Assembly: GCA_026387175.1 (NCBI GenBank)
Contig: JAPLME010000008.1
Span: forward strand, 77,091-141,090
Direction of reading: 5' to 3'
Origin: Candidatus Omnitrophota bacterium
Lineage (GTDB): Bacteria > Omnitrophota > Gorgyraeia > 2-01-FULL-45-10
DNA length: 64,000 nt
A program made the position numbers and the translations under genes. Positions 58,685-64,000 of the stretch are shown here, piece by piece. Within the stretch, counting starts at the first letter, position 1, and the number at the start of each line of letters is the position of its first letter. Under the pieces are notes generated by a model. That model made no database searches, had not been told where the DNA came from, and was given only the letters and a program-made list of their open reading frames with translations.

Positions 58685-58735
58685 ATAAAAAAGTTAAATA
58701 TTGTCTCTTGATTTTTCTGAAAGTCATGATATGCT
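58685..58735 (+). promoter_or_regulatory. Putative promoter of the 731-aa gene
   Basis: ATAAAAAAGTTA (58685), TTGATT (58708)-16 nt-TATGCT with extended TG. Confidence 0.5.
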
Positions 58736-58796
58736 TGATATGTCACTCTTTATTAACCTAAAAATGGAAATTCAAGTAACAAAAAGGAGGTGTGCC

Positions 58797-60992
58797 ATGA
58801 ACTTCTTAAAAAATTTAAAGATATACAGAGTAATAGCATCCATCCTTACAGTCGTGTTTTTTCTCTCCACTATCAACATAGATTTTGGCTATGGTTTACA
58901 AGCACCGCTTGGGACAACCGTCCCTGCTATGCAGCTAGACTATCAGGTACACTATAACATTGAACTCCTACGTGGAATCATAGATTTGCTCGAACGTAAC
59001 CAATTTGGCGAAGCAACAACCATTCAGGAGATACGAAGTAGAGAAGTATTAATAGTCAAAAAACTGACGGGGTTAGAATTTGAAGTTACTGATGACGAAG
59101 TGATTGTCAAAGCTGCGGGAGGCAATATAATACTTAGATATTATAATCCAATCCAAGCACAGGCTTATCTTAACGACACTGTTAACGCATCACACTTGGG
59201 GCTTGATGCGAGATTGAATAATAACTTGGCACGGCAAGTTTTATATTCCAAAAGTCTTAACCAGCGCCTCTTGAATGAAGCAAAAGCCTTGCCGCCGGCA
59301 ATAGAGCAAGAGAGCATAACACCGCCTGCTATAAACGCAGAAGAAAAGACCCCTGTTAATGAGGTAACTCCGAAGAGTGAGGAGATAGGTAACGCATCGC
59401 TGGAAATGCTTATTAGGTTATGCGGTATAAGTTTTGCGACGGCATTATATGGAATGGGGTATACTATTACAGGCCCTGTTGTGGGGGTGATAATTGTTGG
59501 TGGACTTGCCCTGCATAAAAAAATATCGTTTAATGAAATAGCTGCTTTGTTGGCGTTAGTATATACTTTATTTTTGCCCAGTGGGGTAACCAACGCGTCT
59601 TTAAATAAAATTGCAACACAGAGACATGTTCCTATGGTTTATAGTGTGGACAATGGGGGCACCCACTCTATAAAGACTGTCGACTCAGCGGGTAGGATAG
59701 ATTCGGCTTTACCCCAAGTTCCAGAGGGGTGGAAAGCCACATCAAACCCTTACTATGCATACCGCGTAACGTCATCGACCCAAGGATATTGGACTACACA
59801 TACTATTGAAGTTATGAACCTTAGTACCCAAGAGACGAAGGTTATAGATCATGCCTATTCCCCAGAGGATAGTTTTGAGGGGACACCAGACATATCTCCT
59901 GGAGATGATCCATATATTGTTTATGGGAGGTGGGATCACGTATCCAGTGGTAATAATCATCGCCATACACTCATTGTAAACATTGCCGATACCACCAAAC
60001 AGTTTTGGCTTGATATTTATTTCCGATCCGTGAAATTTATACCAAACACAAATTTTGCTGTTATTACTGATATAAAAGGCACCAAATACAAGGTAGACGT
60101 TACCACAGGCAAGATACTTCCAATTTTGCCACCTGCTGTCATACAGTTGTTGCTTTCAAAAGGAGAGCCGCTGCCTGAATATGATAATTCGAGAAAATAC
60201 GCAAGCTTGCCGGTTGGTAAAAAACTTTCTATTGATGATGTTCTTGCGCTATCCATGGCCACGACGCTTATTCCAAAAGGAACATCAGCAATAAATATTG
60301 GCGGTACAATTAGCGCTTACTTAACTGAAAACATAGCGCTTCTAAAAGACATGGCCAAGGATGATAATCCCATATTGATAAGGTTGCCCTTGGAGGTTTT
60401 AATCAAATCGGATGCTGAGTTGGTTTCAGCTTGGTTGAATAAGCTAAATAGCACACCCAATGTATATATTGAATTATATTCGGTTGAAAGCCCTGACATT
60501 ATTGCCAGTGAAGAATACTATTCGCGCCATGGCTTGTCAGGCGTATACAATAAAAGATTCCCCATTGACAGGACAAAACAAAATACCCTTACATTGTATG
60601 CTGTATCTGCCGATATAAAGAAAAGCGATCTTGCAACGGCGTTGCAGATCAGCACAAGCCTGAAGAGTTCAGTAGTAGTGCCTATAGGAATGCAGGACGA
60701 TGCTACAGGCTTGGTAAGGGGTACGTTATTTGGCTTCAGGCTAATATATATAGCAAGGCATAAAGATGACGTTGACTTTATAAAGAGTACCGTGTCCAAT
60801 TATAGGGATTTGATCGCTTCCTATGGCATAAACCCGCCCGATTTAAAAGCGGACAATATCCTGGAGTTGTTTGGGGCGAACATAGTGAAGATTGTCGCAG
60901 TATTGATGTCGATCATAAGGTCATTACCTATAAGGCCTGTACCTACGGAACAGATACGCGCGGTGAGAGACCATATATTGCAATCGGCATAA
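58797..60992 (+). CDS. Hypothetical exported/membrane protein with a C-terminal LQSA motif (731 aa)
   Basis: ATG at 58797 follows AAGGAGG; leader RVIASILTVVFFLSTINIDFGYGLQAPL; central hydrophobic helices; beta-rich middle; ends LPIRPVPTEQIRAVRDHILQSA. Confidence 0.75.
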   Translation: MNFLKNLKIYRVIASILTVVFFLSTINIDFGYGLQAPLGTTVPAMQLDYQVHYNIELLRGIIDLLERNQFGEATTIQEIRSREVLIVKKLTGLEFEVTDDEVIVKAAGGNIILRYYNPIQAQAYLNDTVNASHLGLDARLNNNLARQVLYSKSLNQRLLNEAKALPPAIEQESITPPAINAEEKTPVNEVTPKSEEIGNASLEMLIRLCGISFATALYGMGYTITGPVVGVIIVGGLALHKKISFNEIAALLALVYTLFLPSGVTNASLNKIATQRHVPMVYSVDNGGTHSIKTVDSAGRIDSALPQVPEGWKATSNPYYAYRVTSSTQGYWTTHTIEVMNLSTQETKVIDHAYSPEDSFEGTPDISPGDDPYIVYGRWDHVSSGNNHRHTLIVNIADTTKQFWLDIYFRSVKFIPNTNFAVITDIKGTKYKVDVTTGKILPILPPAVIQLLLSKGEPLPEYDNSRKYASLPVGKKLSIDDVLALSMATTLIPKGTSAINIGGTISAYLTENIALLKDMAKDDNPILIRLPLEVLIKSDAELVSAWLNKLNSTPNVYIELYSVESPDIIASEEYYSRHGLSGVYNKRFPIDRTKQNTLTLYAVSADIKKSDLATALQISTSLKSSVVVPIGMQDDATGLVRGTLFGFRLIYIARHKDDVDFIKSTVSNYRDLIASYGINPPDLKADNILELFGANIVKIVAVLMSIIRSLPIRPVPTEQIRAVRDHILQSA

Positions 60993-61047
60993 AATTTATA
61001 ACTTGCCGTAGGATCATTGACGATAGAGCTAAAAACCTGCTATTTTA

Positions 61048-61134
61048 TTTAACCCGGAATTTGTAATAGGATTTCGGCGAAACGCTTCTAAATCTTTATC
61101 AATACCGCGTTATACTCGCAAAATCCGGGTTGAA
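61048..61134 (+). other. Intergenic multi-stem structure
   Basis: TTTAACCCGGA/TCCGGGTTGAA closing stem; inner GGATTT/AAATCT and GCG-AAA-CGC. Confidence 0.5.
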
Positions 61135-61158
61135 CGGCTCGTTATGCGATGATATAAT
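61130..61158 (+). promoter_or_regulatory. Promoter for a leaderless DUF1848-like gene
   Basis: TTGAAC-17 nt-TATAAT; GTG 6 nt downstream; no SD. Confidence 0.65.
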
Positions 61159-61164
61159 TATCTG

Positions 61165-62028
61165 GTGGCCAAGCAGATTATAAGCGTCAGCAGGCGGACC
61201 GACATACCGGCATTCTATGCAGATTGGTTCATGGAGAGGGTGCGGGCGGGCTACTGCATGGTCCCGAACCCGTTTAACCGAAATCAGGTCTCCCGCGTAA
61301 GTCTTAAACCTTCCGATGTTACGGCTTTTGTTTTTTGGACGCGCAACCCGAAACCGCTTATGAAATACCTTCCGGAACTTGATCGGATGGGGTTTCATTA
61401 CTATGTTCAATATACGATTATCGGTTATGCCCGCGAAATCGATCATTATTCGCCTCCCGTAGAAGAGAGTGTGCAAACACTGAGAGACCTGAGCTCAATG
61501 ATCGGCAGGGAGAGGGTAATTTGGCGATACGACCCGATTCTCCTATCGGACATTACCCCATACGCATGGCATGAAAAGCGGTTGTCGTATTTAATCGGCA
61601 GCCTCAAAAACTATACAAATCGGCTCGTCATCAGCTTTGTTGACCCATACCGGAAGAATCGCATTCGCCTTGCCCCGGATGCCTTTGAGACGGAGTCGTA
61701 TCGCGGCCTTGCGGAATTTATCGGTAAAGAAGCCTCCGGTTCAAATCTAGAGGTCCGAACATGCGCCGAAGCGACGGACCTTTTACAGTACGGCATTCAC
61801 AAAGGTAAATGCATCGACGATGAATTGATAGGCGCCATTACCGGTGGTGCATTGAAATTAAAGAAAGACCCATCCCAGCGTAAGTTGTGCGGCTGCGTTG
61901 TCTCGAAAGATATAGGGGTCAATAATACGTGTCTATTCGGGTGCGAATATTGCTATGCGACATCGAATATCGGCGCAGCCGAAATAAATTATAAAAAACA
62001 TGACCCTGCGTCGCCATCGCTTATTTAA
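61165..62028 (+). CDS. DUF1848 family protein
   Basis: IISVSRRTDIPAFY, FWTRN, WRYDP, CGCVVSKDIG...CLFGCEYCYA. Confidence 0.88.
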   Translation: MAKQIISVSRRTDIPAFYADWFMERVRAGYCMVPNPFNRNQVSRVSLKPSDVTAFVFWTRNPKPLMKYLPELDRMGFHYYVQYTIIGYAREIDHYSPPVEESVQTLRDLSSMIGRERVIWRYDPILLSDITPYAWHEKRLSYLIGSLKNYTNRLVISFVDPYRKNRIRLAPDAFETESYRGLAEFIGKEASGSNLEVRTCAEATDLLQYGIHKGKCIDDELIGAITGGALKLKKDPSQRKLCGCVVSKDIGVNNTCLFGCEYCYATSNIGAAEINYKKHDPASPSLI

Positions 62029-62043
62029 AAGGAGGGATTATAT

Positions 62044-62415
62044 ATGAAGATAACAAAGATAGGTGTGATATTGATCTTATTGGCAGGAGCGCTGCCGGTT
62101 ATCATCATGCCGCAGCGGCTCCGCGCTGACGACGCGGCTAAGGTTCGGACCGCCGGTTTTAAAAGAGAAGACGACGCAGTGAAGATCGCAATCAGGGCGG
62201 ATAAGGCCAAGATAGACGATGAAAGGAACGCGATACTGGAGGACGGTAGGCAAATACACGAAGCAAAGAAGGCCGGCGATAAAGAAAAGGTGGAGCTGTT
62301 AAATCAGGATATTAAAAAACGCAAGGCCGTTATACGAACGCTTAAAGACGATATCAATCAGAAGGAAGGCGGCGGTATAGATTATGGAAGCGGCGTCAGG
62401 CGAAGAGCTCATTAA
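62044..62415 (+). CDS. Hypothetical secreted coiled-coil protein
   Basis: Strong SD, signal peptide, charged helical body. Confidence 0.75.
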   Translation: MKITKIGVILILLAGALPVIIMPQRLRADDAAKVRTAGFKREDDAVKIAIRADKAKIDDERNAILEDGRQIHEAKKAGDKEKVELLNQDIKKRKAVIRTLKDDINQKEGGGIDYGSGVRRRAH

Positions 62416-62419
62416 CATT

Positions 62420-63226
62420 ATGAGCGATTTAGTGAAATGCCAAAAATGCGGAAAAGAGACTAACAAATATTCGCCGGTTTGCGAGCATTGTCTTCAGCCT
62501 ATAAAGCGGAATGATACGAAATCACCGCAGGCATCCGAAATCAAGGGACCGTTAAAAGAAGGAGAGCCCGCCGGCATAGAGGGGCAGGGGAGGGCTCTGT
62601 TTGAAAAGCTGGGCAAATATTCTGACAGTTCAATGAAGAGATGCCCTTTCTGCGCGGAATATATACAGGCCGAAGCAATTAAATGCCGATATTGCGGAGA
62701 GTATATTAAAGGCCCTGTTAAGGCTGCGGGAGGACATAAGAAGCTTCTCCCGCCATTATTGGCTGCCATAGGAATATTTATTGCCGTGGTATTAATATAT
62801 TCCGCTACCACTTATATTTCAAAGGGAGGCTTTGTTTCTAATATAAAGATCAATGAATTAAGCGATGAATTAAAGAGCGACCCCGTTAAGGCAGATTATG
62901 TTAAAAAGTTTATCATGCTTACAGATGTCGGATCGCTTGACGAGGCCGATCCGAATTCTATCGCTATAAAGAAGTATATTTATGGGAGCGTTAAAAATAC
63001 CGGAACGAGGCTCATTGTTAAATTAAGGGTCACCGTCTATTATTTGGATAAAAACAGCAAATGCATAGCCGAGGGTTCGATATGGCCCATTTTAGGGAAT
63101 AAGGCTAAGCACGATTCGTTAAAGCCGAACGCCTCCAAAGATTTCAAGCTTGAAGTTACGAATATCAGTCCTGAATGGTCCCGCAGGATTAAAGCGAAGG
63201 TCTCCGACATTGAATTTCTGGAATAG
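62420..63226 (+). CDS. Double zinc-ribbon membrane protein with a C-terminal Ig-like (FxLYD-like) domain
   Basis: CQKC/CEHC and CPFCAE...CRYCG; one TM helix; GSVKNTG...VTVYYLD. Confidence 0.75.
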   Translation: MSDLVKCQKCGKETNKYSPVCEHCLQPIKRNDTKSPQASEIKGPLKEGEPAGIEGQGRALFEKLGKYSDSSMKRCPFCAEYIQAEAIKCRYCGEYIKGPVKAAGGHKKLLPPLLAAIGIFIAVVLIYSATTYISKGGFVSNIKINELSDELKSDPVKADYVKKFIMLTDVGSLDEADPNSIAIKKYIYGSVKNTGTRLIVKLRVTVYYLDKNSKCIAEGSIWPILGNKAKHDSLKPNASKDFKLEVTNISPEWSRRIKAKVSDIEFLE

Positions 63227-64000
63227 GGGAACATGTAAATTATGCCTCGCTACGGCATTGATCTTTGCTGGAGGGGCTTATCGTTTATCTTCTGCGTCCG
63301 AAGAAGACGCTGATATGATATATCTGAATACAGGCGGAAGCATAAGCGGTATTATAACCAGGGAAAGCGCGACAGGAGTTGAGGCGGAGATCGGCGCCGG
63401 CACCATTGTGATAAACCGCGCCGACATAAAAAGCATGCATCATGCTTCAGCCGAAGCGCTAGCCGACTTACGCGATAAGTGGGCCGAGGAACGCTCAAGG
63501 CTTAAGTTACAGGAGAAGAGCTCCGAGGAAGACCGCGGCAGGCGGCTAAAGGCATATGAGAATTGGGTGAATGAAGAGGCAAAGAGTAAAACCGGAAAAG
63601 CGAGAGAAGAGGGCGAAGTCAAAGTGGTCCGTGACCCGGATTCGCAGGCTATCCTTGTCAGCGCGATTTTAGACGGCGAAGTGAAGGCGCTGCTTGAGCT
63701 CGATACCGGAGCGTCTCTGGTTATCTTATCGAAACATATTGGCGATAAGCTGGGAGTGGACATGTCTTCCGAGACGAAGAGGAATATCGTGGGATTGCGT
63801 TTGGTCGGAGGGCAGATAGTTAAAGCCAGGACGGTCATATTAAAAAGCATAGCCATTGAAGGAGTGGAGGAGAGAGATGTGCTCGCGGCGGTGATGCTTG
63901 AAGACGCCGGGCCCGCTGATTTGAAAGACGGATTGCTCGGAAGGTCGTTTCTGGGACGGTTTAATATCAGGCTTGATATGCAGAAGATGAGCATGTCGCT
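63210..64000 (+). CDS. Secreted retropepsin-like (clan AA) aspartyl protease, truncated by window end
   Basis: Not in the ORF track; translated by hand from a probable TTG at 63210: signal-like N-terminus, DMIYLNTGGSISG, LELDTGASLV, DGLLGRSFL. Confidence 0.8.
   Translation, partial: MNFWNRGTCKLCLATALIFAGGAYRLSSASEEDADMIYLNTGGSISGIITRESATGVEAEIGAGTIVINRADIKSMHHASAEALADLRDKWAEERSRLKLQEKSSEEDRGRRLKAYENWVNEEAKSKTGKAREEGEVKVVRDPDSQAILVSAILDGEVKALLELDTGASLVILSKHIGDKLGVDMSSETKRNIVGLRLVGGQIVKARTVILKSIAIEGVEERDVLAAVMLEDAGPADLKDGLLGRSFLGRFNIRLDMQKMSMS

Noticed and set aside
58701-58796. N-terminal extensions given by the ORF track (also at 19727, 30848, 37293, 44785 and 62384)
   Set aside because: Downstream starts have a better SD, translational coupling or promoter spacing, so coordinates were trimmed.
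492-63994. Numerous minus-strand and alternate-frame ORFs in the track, e.g. 1270-1995, 23168-23929, 27062-27724 and 63440-63994
   Set aside because: They overlap well-supported + strand genes and show no recognisable motifs; treated as shadow ORFs.

Overview
A 64 kb bacterial chromosomal segment in which every credible CDS is on the + strand; gene content suggests a diderm anaerobe, possibly Candidatus Omnitrophota (inference). In order it carries: ilvB-ilvN-ilvC-leuA; aroE-pilD-aroC-aroK; dprA-topA-xerC; a lipid A/Kdo/heptose cluster with two fusions (LpxL+ELM1/GtrOC1-like and GT4+GT9) and an atypical ychF; a Ni/Co ECF transporter (cbiM/N...cbiQ/O) split by a gcvT-H-PA-PB-lipoyl cassette; an Rrf2-led oxidative/nitrosative stress island; glgB; and several exported hypothetical proteins. 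The best candidate for an undescribed system is a pair of otherwise unrelated proteins (1872 aa and about 731 aa). They share an N-terminal export-like leader, a C-terminal LP..P..I..L(Q)QSA-stop motif and an identical 12-mer at the same position in their promoters. The larger one carries a degenerate glucan-phosphorylase domain, a GH13 domain and a winged HTH. Also notable are three related nested palindromic intergenic elements and an antisense sRNA candidate of about 95 nt with its own promoter and terminator. No tRNA, rRNA, CRISPR array or transposase was recognised. All family calls come from motif recognition by eye, not database searches.
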